From Halalkalibacterium halodurans (GTDB lineage Bacteria; Bacillota; Bacilli; Bacillales; Bacillaceae_D): 8,896 bases of DNA. Every line of letters begins with the position of its first letter. The first letter of the stretch is position 1. The translations under genes were made by a program, and so were the position numbers. The stretch lies in assembly GCF_004376175.1 (NCBI RefSeq), contig NZ_SNUY01000099.1:1-8896 (forward strand). The letters run 5' to 3'. The notes beneath the pieces were generated by a model. The model made no database searches, was not told where the DNA came from, and worked only from the letters and a program-made list of their open reading frames with translations. Of this stretch, positions 1 to 5,807 are shown piece after piece.

Positions 1-29
1 ATGTACTTTGTCCTATACTAGTACTCATA

Positions 30-91
30 GGTAGGGCCTCTCCTCTCAGTTGGTTTAGCGGTTAACTAGAGGGTACCCTACCTCTTTTTTT
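30..91 (+). terminator. Intrinsic-terminator-like structure at the left edge (bulged 12-bp GC-rich stem followed by T7)
   Basis: GGTAGGG (30-36) pairs with CCCTACC (76-82) and CCTCT (37-41) pairs with AGAGG (68-72), with a 3-nt bulge at 73-75. TC and a T7 run at 85-91 follow. The + strand frames 1 and 2 close at TAG 19-21 and TAG 32-34, so a + strand gene ending at the window edge could use this structure. An alternative - strand reading is given in the findings. Confidence 0.55.
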
Positions 92-329
92 GATTCAACG
101 CCTTTACACAAACTATCGTACATCATCTTATCTAGTTGGCTTAATAGTAATGGCTGCGTCAATAATAATTGAATTCTTACAATTTCTTTTTGGGGTAGGT
201 ATACCTAATATAGACGATATATTGCTAAATACAGCAGGTGGAGTAATTGGTTATGGTGGATATAAGTTAATAACATTTTCAAAAGCTCCAGCTAACCACA
301 AACAATCTCCCGGCTATACTTTAGGATGA
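90..329 (+). CDS. VanZ-like family protein, C-terminal part only (probable 5'-truncated remnant)
   Basis: The 79-aa ORF carries the VanZ C-terminal signature E-x2-Q ... (N)IDDILLNTAGGVIGYGGY and two hydrophobic helices. The N-terminal half of a normal VanZ domain is absent. The frame is closed by TAA at 63-65. The only available start is a TTG lying inside the T-run of the preceding terminator, with no SD. G+C is about 34% by hand count, against about 45% in a sampled 60-nt stretch of azoR. Confidence 0.5.
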   Translation: MIQRLYTNYRTSSYLVGLIVMAASIIIEFLQFLFGVGIPNIDDILLNTAGGVIGYGGYKLITFSKAPANHKQSPGYTLG

Positions 330-493
330 ACACGATGTAGTTTCTTACTGTTGTCACTCATTGGTAAGATCTCCTTTCGTTACGGCCAAGCTCTATCTTT
401 AACGATTTGAGATTTTTTCCATCACAAGATACTCTTGAAGTTTTATTTTTCATGTGCAGAGAACATGCTATCAAACTCATATTAATCAAACAC

Positions 494-534
494 AAAAACA
501 GGTAACCATCAAAAAGAATGGTCACCTGTTTTTT
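494..534. terminator. Bidirectional intrinsic terminator between the convergent VanZ remnant and azoR
   Basis: ACAGGTAACCAT (498-509) pairs with ATGGTCACCTGT (518-529), giving a 12-bp stem with one mismatch. An A5 run (494-498) precedes it and a T6 run (529-534) follows, so there is a U-tract on either strand. It lies 33 nt downstream of the azoR stop codon (567-569). Confidence 0.75.
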
Positions 535-566
535 ATGTTTAGACCTATTTCGTCTTTTAAAAACGT

Positions 567-1193
567 TTAGAAGCTTTGTGCTACTTTTTTCACTTCTTCT
601 AGCCCTTTGTTGATAATTTCTTCCGCTTGATCAGGAACCGCATTATGGCCTTCGATCACAACAGTGACTGGATCTTGAACGCCAAAGAACCCTACCATTG
701 TTTTCATGTAATTTAAAGACATTTCAAGTTGTGCAGCAGGTCCTTCTGAATAGTAACCGCCACGTGCATTTAGCAAGGCTACCTTTTTATCACCCATGAG
801 GCCAACTGGGCCTTCTGCTGTATAATTGAACGTGACTCCCGCACGGGCAAGGTAGTCCATGTACGTATGAAGAGCGGCAGGAATCGTAAAGTTCCATAAC
901 GGGAAGGCGAATACTACTTTGTCTGCCTCTACAAACTGCGTTAAATAGCGATCCGCGACTTTGCGCGCCTCTTCTTCCTCAGCTGTTAACTCCAACTGCT
1001 GGCCTGCCTTAAAGATCCCGGCTAACATCGTAGAATCCAAGTATGGAAGCTGTTCGTTATAAATATCAAGCTCGATCACTTCGTCATTAGGATTCGCTTC
1101 TTTGTATGTGTCAACAAACGTTTGATACATTTTCACACTTACAGACTCATCAACAGAGCGAGGATTACCTTTTACAAATAATACCTTAGACAT
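567..1193 (-). CDS. azoR: FMN-dependent NADH-azoreductase (AzoR family)
   Basis: The 208-aa ORF shows family-typical blocks in translation: KVLFVKGNP at the N-terminus, FPLWNFTIP, FNYTAEGPVGLMGDKK, ARGGYYSEG and VIEGHN. It is collinear with B. subtilis AzoR1/AzoR2 (YocJ/YvaB) as I recall them. AGGAGG at 1208->1203 sits 9 nt upstream of the ATG at 1193. Confidence 0.92.
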   Translation of the reverse strand: MSKVLFVKGNPRSVDESVSVKMYQTFVDTYKEANPNDEVIELDIYNEQLPYLDSTMLAGIFKAGQQLELTAEEEEARKVADRYLTQFVEADKVVFAFPLWNFTIPAALHTYMDYLARAGVTFNYTAEGPVGLMGDKKVALLNARGGYYSEGPAAQLEMSLNYMKTMVGFFGVQDPVTVVIEGHNAVPDQAEEIINKGLEEVKKVAQSF

Positions 1194-1251
1194 TAAAAAT
1201 TTCCTCCTATTCCTTTTAAACTACTTTTTATCGTTTTGTGTTTAATAAGTT

Positions 1252-1265
1252 TACTTTTAAAAGTA
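1252..1265 (-). promoter_or_regulatory. Perfect 14-bp palindrome TACTTTTAAAAGTA overlapping the azoR -10 box (candidate repressor operator)
   Basis: TACTTTTAAAAGTA at 1252-1265 is its own reverse complement and overlaps the -10 hexamer at 1262-1267. A related half-site, TACTTTTTA, lies 30 bp away at 1222-1230 in the leader. Confidence 0.4.
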
Positions 1266-1290
1266 TAGTTACATCTTATTTGTTTGTCAA
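1262..1290 (-). promoter_or_regulatory. Sigma-A-type promoter of azoR
   Basis: On the - strand: TTGACA (1290->1285), exactly 17 nt of spacer, then TATACT (1267->1262). A T-rich UP-like tract lies just upstream (1291-1300). The predicted leader is about 60 nt. Confidence 0.7.
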
Positions 1291-1496
1291 TTAAAAAACG
1301 TCAAAAAGACAAAAAGGGACTTTTGATCTAATCGAAAGAGGGAGAAAAAAGAAAGGTTTTGTCGAAGAGCCAAAAAGAATGTCCAACAGAATAAAAAAAC
1401 GTAGCAACTGGAGGGATGAAGGAATCACGATGAACTTGTGAGCCGATCATGACTGGTTGTAGAGCGAACTTGGGAAATCGCCCCGTGTTTCGGTAG

Positions 1497-1535
1497 ACAA
1501 AAAAGAAAAGCCTTGGCACAGACAGAGCGCCAAGG
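1497..1535 (-). terminator. Intrinsic terminator of the aminopeptidase gene
   Basis: On the - strand CCTTGGC (1535->1529) pairs with GCCAAGG (1517->1511), a 7-bp stem with an 11-nt loop. CTTTTCTTTTTTG follows (1510->1498). Confidence 0.65.
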
Positions 1536-1590
1536 ACGATTTATTAAAAGAGGGGGAAAGGGAGAGGGGACTTATGCAAACGGTTCATGG

Positions 1591-2991
1591 TTACTGTAAG
1601 GAGGAGTAAATGTCTGTCGGTTGAATGGATTGTGCTTTGTTTTGCTTATTTTTTCGGTTTGTCTCTTTACGCACGAGCTCATACACAGAGGCACCAACGA
1701 TTTCACCAGCTTCTTGAAGCCGCTCCACACTGATGTTTTCAACTGTATCAAACGGTGTATGATACCAAGGCTCAAGAGCACCTGTCCCAGGTTCACGACG
1801 GATGAAATTAGCCGATTCGATCCCCACTTCATGGAAGGCGACATGGTCAGATGACCCGCCTTGATTTAATAAAAGAGGTTCATGCCCTAGTCGTTCTGCC
1901 ACTTTTGAGCTTATTTGCCACACAATGTTCGGTGAGCCGTCTGTTACGTTGACAAAAAGCTTAGAAGCAGGCTCCCAGCTTGTCCCGACCATATCCATGT
2001 TAAAGTTAGCAACACTACGCTCAATCTCATCACTAGACAGCTGAGCGACATAATAGCGGGCACCGACTAGACCAATTTCCTCTGCGCCAAATCCGATAAA
2101 GCGTAGCTCCTTATCGAGGGGATAGCTTTTTAACACACGTGCTAGTTCAAGCATCACACCTGTTCCTGACGCATTATCGTTTGCCCCAGGTGCTAAAGGC
2201 ACACTGTCATAATGTGCAGTGACGTACACGATTTCAGGATTTTTGATCTTTTTGTGTGGCTTTCTCACGGCGATGACATTCTGTGAGGTCTGATTGGTCA
2301 GCGCTTGAAGCTCTAACGTTACTTCCTCTTGCTCTAACAAATAGGCGCCACTTTCCTTGCTCGTACCAACGACAGGAACAGAAATTGTCGACCCGCCTAA
2401 GCTTGGGGTGAGAGGGACTAAGCTCTCCACATTGTTGTAGATAATGACAGCGACCGCCCCTGCGTCTACCGCATTTTGAGCTTTTTCAGCAAACGTAAAC
2501 CCACCACGAGAAATGAGGGCCACCTTCCCCTCTGCCTCCTCAGTGAAGTCTTCTGGATATCCTAGTCCCGCATCATAAAGTGGAGCTGTGAGTCCACCTT
2601 CAGGCGTTGGTGAAGAACCCGTAGATGGGCGGATTGGAATGTCTTCCCCGTTCACCGTTAATGAGCCGAAGAGGCGATCCGGAATGGAGAAGGTTTGGAC
2701 ATCTACATCATATCCGAGCTGCGAAAACTCGGCTTGTAAATAAGCAGCCCCTTCCTTTTCTTCTTGACTACCGGCTACCCTTGGTCCGATCGTTTCACTC
2801 AAATGATAAATATGGTCATAGGCGTTGTCAGCATTAAACCGTTTCACGATCTTTTGATCAAATGGCGCATGATTCTTTTCAGCTGCCATCACAGTTTTAG
2901 CCGTTGAAAATGGAGAAGCCGCCCCTGGAATAAACACACTCCCCGCCACGATAACTGCTGACATTGCAGCAACAAGTATCTGTTTTCTCAT
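1591..2991 (-). CDS. ywaD: Secreted M28-family aminopeptidase with PA domain (YwaD-like double-zinc aminopeptidase)
   Basis: There is an N-terminal signal peptide (MRKQILVAAMSAVIVAGSVFIPGAAS). The PA-domain block reads GKVALISRGGFTFAEKAQNAVDAGAVAVIIYNN. M28 metal-ligand blocks are present: VTAHYDSV, GANDNASG, FGAEEIGLVGARYY, NFNMDMVG and GGSSDHVAFHE. The protein is collinear over its whole length with B. subtilis YwaD as I recall it. The maximal ORF starts at ATG 2997, but AGGAGG (3006->3001) is only 3 nt from that ATG and 9 nt from the in-frame ATG at 2991, so 2991 is preferred. Confidence 0.9.
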   Translation of the reverse strand: MRKQILVAAMSAVIVAGSVFIPGAASPFSTAKTVMAAEKNHAPFDQKIVKRFNADNAYDHIYHLSETIGPRVAGSQEEKEGAAYLQAEFSQLGYDVDVQTFSIPDRLFGSLTVNGEDIPIRPSTGSSPTPEGGLTAPLYDAGLGYPEDFTEEAEGKVALISRGGFTFAEKAQNAVDAGAVAVIIYNNVESLVPLTPSLGGSTISVPVVGTSKESGAYLLEQEEVTLELQALTNQTSQNVIAVRKPHKKIKNPEIVYVTAHYDSVPLAPGANDNASGTGVMLELARVLKSYPLDKELRFIGFGAEEIGLVGARYYVAQLSSDEIERSVANFNMDMVGTSWEPASKLFVNVTDGSPNIVWQISSKVAERLGHEPLLLNQGGSSDHVAFHEVGIESANFIRREPGTGALEPWYHTPFDTVENISVERLQEAGEIVGASVYELVRKETNRKNKQNKAQSIQPTDIYSSLQ

Positions 2992-3069
2992 CGTCATAAC
3001 CCTCCTATTAATCTCGCATATGTATATACGAGAAATTCCATAGACCGATGAGCAAACCCTTTCATATGG

Positions 3070-3101
3070 TGTAAAATGATCCTAATTTACTGTAAAATGA
3101 T
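3070..3101. repeat. Tandem direct repeat TGTAAAATGAT x2 in 21-bp register, upstream of the aminopeptidase gene
   Basis: Exact 11-mers occur at 3070-3080 and 3091-3101. On the gene's strand they read ATCATTTTACA, each containing a -35-like TTTACA. No good -10 box sits at the proper distance from either copy. Confidence 0.45.
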
Positions 3102-3126
3102 AATTTTTGTTAATAGATAATTCATG

Positions 3127-3165
3127 ATAAAACCCCCTTTGGCCGTTCTGCACCGAAAGGGGGTT
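3127..3165 (-). terminator. Intrinsic terminator of the MCP gene
   Basis: AACCCCCTTT (3131-3140) pairs with AAAGGGGGTT (3156-3165), a perfect 10-bp stem starting 6 nt after the TAG stop (3171-3173). On the - strand the stem runs into TTTTATCAT. Confidence 0.7.
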
Positions 3166-3170
3166 ATCTC

Positions 3171-4850
3171 CTACAATTTGAATCGATTGATTTCTTCTTG
3201 AAGACCAGCTGCTAGGTTGCTAAGTTGTTCGGCCGAATAGGCGATTTCCTCCATGGAAGACAACTGTTCCTCTGTACTTGCCGCAACAGTTTGCGAGTGA
3301 TCGGCATTTTGCATCGAGGCTTGCTCCATGTTTTGAATCGAGTCGCTTAACTCGATTGTGTTTCGAGCAATTTGTTGTGTTGCTGTGGAAACGTCCAGCA
3401 TTTGCTCATTCACCGCAGCAATGGACGCAGTAATTTTTGCAAAGGTAGCTCCAGCGTCGCCAACAACTTTTGTTCCTTTTTCCACTTCAACTTGGCCTTT
3501 GTCCATTTCTTGAATCGCTTTCTCCGTATCTTGCTGAATCGTGGCTAACATTTTGCTAATTTGGTTAGCCGACCGTCCCGACTCTTCCGCAAGCTTCCTT
3601 ACTTCGTCGGCGACAACTGCAAATCCCTTTCCATGCTCACCAGCACGGGCCGCTTCGATTGCTGCATTTAATGCAAGAAGGTTTGTTTGCTCAGCAATGG
3701 AGTGAATTAATTCTAGAATGGAGCCGATCTCTGATGAGCGTTCCCCTAGTTGTTTAATAAAGGTTGCCGACTGTTGAACCGAGTGCTGGGCCGTATCCAT
3801 TTGCTCTATCGCTCGTTCAATCGATCGCTCACCATCTTCCGCATGGGAGGCGGCCTCATCGGCTTTTATACTAACGTCAGCCGTGGCGAACGTTATCCGC
3901 TCGACACCTGCGCTCATTTCTTTTGCAGCGATCACGCTTGCTTTCGCCCGATCAACCGTATCCATCGATTGCTCCGATACATCCTGAATTGTAGTCGCCA
4001 CTTGATTCGTTACGGTCACGGATTCTTGCGAGCTCGCTGACAGTTCTTGAGCGGTTGCCGTTACTTGATCGGACATTTCTTTCGTTTTACCGATGAGAGA
4101 TCGTAAATGACTTTTCATCTCATCAAATGCTTTTGCCAATTGGCCAATCTCATCTTTGCTTTTCACATTAATATCCTCACCAGATAAATCCCCTTTGGCA
4201 ATTTGACTTACTTGGCCTAAAAGGGAATGGATCGGTTTGGTGATAATTCTAGCAATCATGAGGGCGACCATCACGCTTCCAAGCATTGTCACAAGGGTGG
4301 CGACAATCACTGAACGCTGTAACTCGAGCCCTAAATTTTGGGCTTCCTTTAATTGACTCCCCATCGTCTCTCGCTCTTGACTCGCTGTATCTTGCAAATA
4401 TGTAATTAACGACATGGCCATTGGCGTTCCTTGGGAGCTCATGATCCGACTTGCCTGGCTAATTTCTCCATCTACATAAGAAGGGAAGACCTCATCTACA
4501 ATAAGTGCCGACCAGTTTTCGTTTATTTTCAAATATTCATCTAGTACGGGATCCTCAGAAAGAGTGGCTAACTGCTCTTCGATCTCTTGACTTGCTTCAG
4601 TCAATTCTTCAAATGTACGAGCATAGTTTTGATTCCCTGTTAGCAAGTAACCTTGCGCCAAAGATAACCTTTCCTGAACATTAGATACCAATTCTCCTTT
4701 GACTACGACTAAAGGGAATCGCTCCTCTGTAACCCGTTCAATATTTTGAGTTGTTTTTTGAATATTAAAATAACTATATGCAGAATACACGATGAAAAGG
4801 AGGACAACGATCGAAAAACCGAGCAGGACCTTGCCACGAATACTTTTCAT
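3171..4850 (-). CDS. Methyl-accepting chemotaxis protein (TM1, ~150-aa helical periplasmic-type sensor, TM2, HAMP, MCP signalling domain)
   Basis: The highly conserved signalling hairpin [38 protein letters not shown] is present. The HAMP block reads [44 protein letters not shown]. There are two TM helices ([21 protein letters not shown] and [23 protein letters not shown]). The cytoplasmic length of about 300 aa is consistent with the long class typical of Bacillus MCPs. The track start GTG 4859 lies inside the SD (AGAGGTG, 4863->4857). The ATG at 4850 follows that SD after 6 nt and gives the typical MKSIRGK... start. Confidence 0.9.
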   Translation of the reverse strand: MKSIRGKVLLGFSIVVLLFIVYSAYSYFNIQKTTQNIERVTEERFPLVVVKGELVSNVQERLSLAQGYLLTGNQNYARTFEELTEASQEIEEQLATLSEDPVLDEYLKINENWSALIVDEVFPSYVDGEISQASRIMSSQGTPMAMSLITYLQDTASQERETMGSQLKEAQNLGLELQRSVIVATLVTMLGSVMVALMIARIITKPIHSLLGQVSQIAKGDLSGEDINVKSKDEIGQLAKAFDEMKSHLRSLIGKTKEMSDQVTATAQELSASSQESVTVTNQVATTIQDVSEQSMDTVDRAKASVIAAKEMSAGVERITFATADVSIKADEAASHAEDGERSIERAIEQMDTAQHSVQQSATFIKQLGERSSEIGSILELIHSIAEQTNLLALNAAIEAARAGEHGKGFAVVADEVRKLAEESGRSANQISKMLATIQQDTEKAIQEMDKGQVEVEKGTKVVGDAGATFAKITASIAAVNEQMLDVSTATQQIARNTIELSDSIQNMEQASMQNADHSQTVAASTEEQLSSMEEIAYSAEQLSNLAAGLQEEINRFKL

Positions 4851-4948
4851 GATTGACACCTCTTCTCCCAGCCTTGAACGCTATTATATGTTAGCACCCT
4901 GAAACATGGCATCGTTTTCATTTTGATCCATTTCATAGAGCTGCTATT

Positions 4949-4977
4949 ATTATAGCATTTGCAGAAGAATAGGACAA
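4949..4977 (-). promoter_or_regulatory. Sigma-A-type promoter with extended -10, upstream of the MCP gene
   Basis: On the - strand: TTGTCC (4977->4972), 17 nt of spacer that includes the TG, then TGcTATAAT (4957->4949). A second TATAAT (4888->4883) lies nearer the gene but has no -35 box. Confidence 0.5.
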
Positions 4978-4987
4978 TCGTCCAATA

Positions 4988-5668
4988 TCAAAAATCCTTT
5001 TTTCTCTTCATCCTAACAGCATTTATAAGACTTTTTAAGGATAACTCCTCAGTTGATGCTACTTGCCAGTGGGCTTTTTTCATTGCTAAATGGGTTCCTA
5101 CTCCTACAGCGAACATTTCGGTTTGCAAAATACCGGTTAGGCCTGCTTCCCCGTCTTCAATTGCGACACAACGATTGGATGACACACCTAGTAATTGGGC
5201 TGCCGTTAAAAAGATCTCCGGGTCAGGCTTCCCTCTCCTTACCTTTTGAACATCGACGATCACATCGAACGCATCGATCAATTGCAACCTACTTAATACT
5301 CGAGGGGCGTTCGTACTTGCCGACGCAAGTGCGATTGAAACTTTTTTTTCTTTCAATTCACGAATGAATGAGTAAATGCCTGGGAGAGCGTCGGCTGGTG
5401 TTAACTCGGCTATTAAGCGCTGATACTGTTCATTTCGCAACTCTGACAGCTGTTTCACCTGCTCGTCGCTGACCTCCTCACCTGTCAAATCACAAATGGC
5501 ACGAACGGTTTTCTCACGGCTTAGCCCTTGAAGCGATTGATTCATTTCTTCTGAGAACGTAACGCTCAATTTTTTTGCAATATGTTGATTGGCTTCATAG
5601 TGCAATCCGACGGTATCCGCAATTACCCCATCCATATCAAAAATAACAGCTTCAAAAGGACAATCCAT
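4988..5668 (-). CDS. pgmB: Beta-phosphoglucomutase-type HAD-IA hydrolase
   Basis: The 226-aa ORF has HAD motif I FDMDGVIADT, the cap motif LQGLSRE (beta-PGM G-x-SR), motif II ALASAS, motif III RGKPDPEIF and motif IV IEDGEAG, followed by MFAVGVG. It is collinear with L. lactis PgmB and B. subtilis YvdM/PgcM as I recall them. GGGGAG (5682->5677) sits 8 nt upstream of the ATG at 5668. Confidence 0.8.
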   Translation of the reverse strand: MDCPFEAVIFDMDGVIADTVGLHYEANQHIAKKLSVTFSEEMNQSLQGLSREKTVRAICDLTGEEVSDEQVKQLSELRNEQYQRLIAELTPADALPGIYSFIRELKEKKVSIALASASTNAPRVLSRLQLIDAFDVIVDVQKVRRGKPDPEIFLTAAQLLGVSSNRCVAIEDGEAGLTGILQTEMFAVGVGTHLAMKKAHWQVASTEELSLKSLINAVRMKRKKDF

Positions 5669-5685
5669 TAACTACACTCCCCATG

Positions 5686-5706
5686 AAAAAACTGCTGACT
5701 CAGCAG
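5686..5706 (-). terminator. Terminator-like hairpin plus U6 in the leader of the beta-PGM gene
   Basis: On the - strand CTGCTGA-g-TCAGCAG (5706->5692) is followed immediately by TTTTTT (5691->5686). CAT and the SD GGGGAG come next. The structure lies between the only plausible promoter and the SD. Confidence 0.5.
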
Positions 5707-5720
5707 CAGTGCTTTTCTTT

Positions 5721-5729
5721 ATTATACCA
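5721..5729 (-). promoter_or_regulatory. Extended -10 promoter element (TGgTATAAT) upstream of the beta-PGM gene
   Basis: On the - strand TGGTATAAT occupies 5729->5721. The -35 position (5749->5744) reads TATGAG, which is a poor match and is tolerated only if the extended -10 compensates. Confidence 0.4.
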
Positions 5730-5807
5730 AGTCCCCTGTTATTCTCATAGGTAAAGTACCGGTGATTGCCGAGCCTCTGCCGACTTATGCTTTTTCTTCT
5801 ATAAAGT

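Noticed and set aside
1294-1496. ~200-bp unassigned spacer examined for a riboswitch, sRNA or small protein
   Set aside because: I could not recognise any known RNA motif, promoter-plus-terminator pair or SD-led ORF. There are only weak hairpins. A hairpin plus T-run at ~1298-1330 (- strand) is more simply the UP-like tract of the azoR promoter. A covariance-model scan (Rfam/Infernal) would be the decisive test.
1328-1519. 63-aa - strand ORF in the spacer between the aminopeptidase terminator and the azoR promoter
   Set aside because: Its start codon lies inside the terminator hairpin and it has no SD. The translation is F/S/P-rich and low-complexity, with no recognisable family.
1574-1624. 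+ strand mini-ORFs with SD-like purine runs (MQTVHGYCKEE at 1574-1609; AAGGAGG-ATG MSVG at 1610-1624)
   Set aside because: The SD-like strings are the complement of the C-rich 3' UTR and of the Ser-Ser-Leu codons at the aminopeptidase C-terminus. The ORFs are 4-11 codons long and have no promoter.
1572-1854. ORFs 1572..1844 (-) and 1621..1854 (+) overlapping the 3' end of the aminopeptidase gene
   Set aside because: These are alternative or antisense frames of a gene with clear homology. They have no SD and non-protein-like composition.
2625-2837. 70-aa + strand ORF antisense to the aminopeptidase gene
   Set aside because: It is an antisense shadow ORF, Arg/His-rich, with no start signals.
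3750-4040. 96-aa + strand ORF antisense to the MCP gene
   Set aside because: It is an antisense shadow ORF inside a strongly supported CDS, Arg/Leu-rich, with no SD.
4860-4987. SigD-type (TAAA-N15-GCCGATAT) promoter expected upstream of a chemoreceptor gene
   Set aside because: Only a weak ACGATGC fragment is present, without a TAAA at the right spacing. A sigma-A-like extended -10 promoter fits better.
4959-5367. Two + strand ORFs (4959..5249, 5053..5367) antisense to the beta-PGM gene
   Set aside because: These are antisense shadow ORFs with no SD and no family signature.
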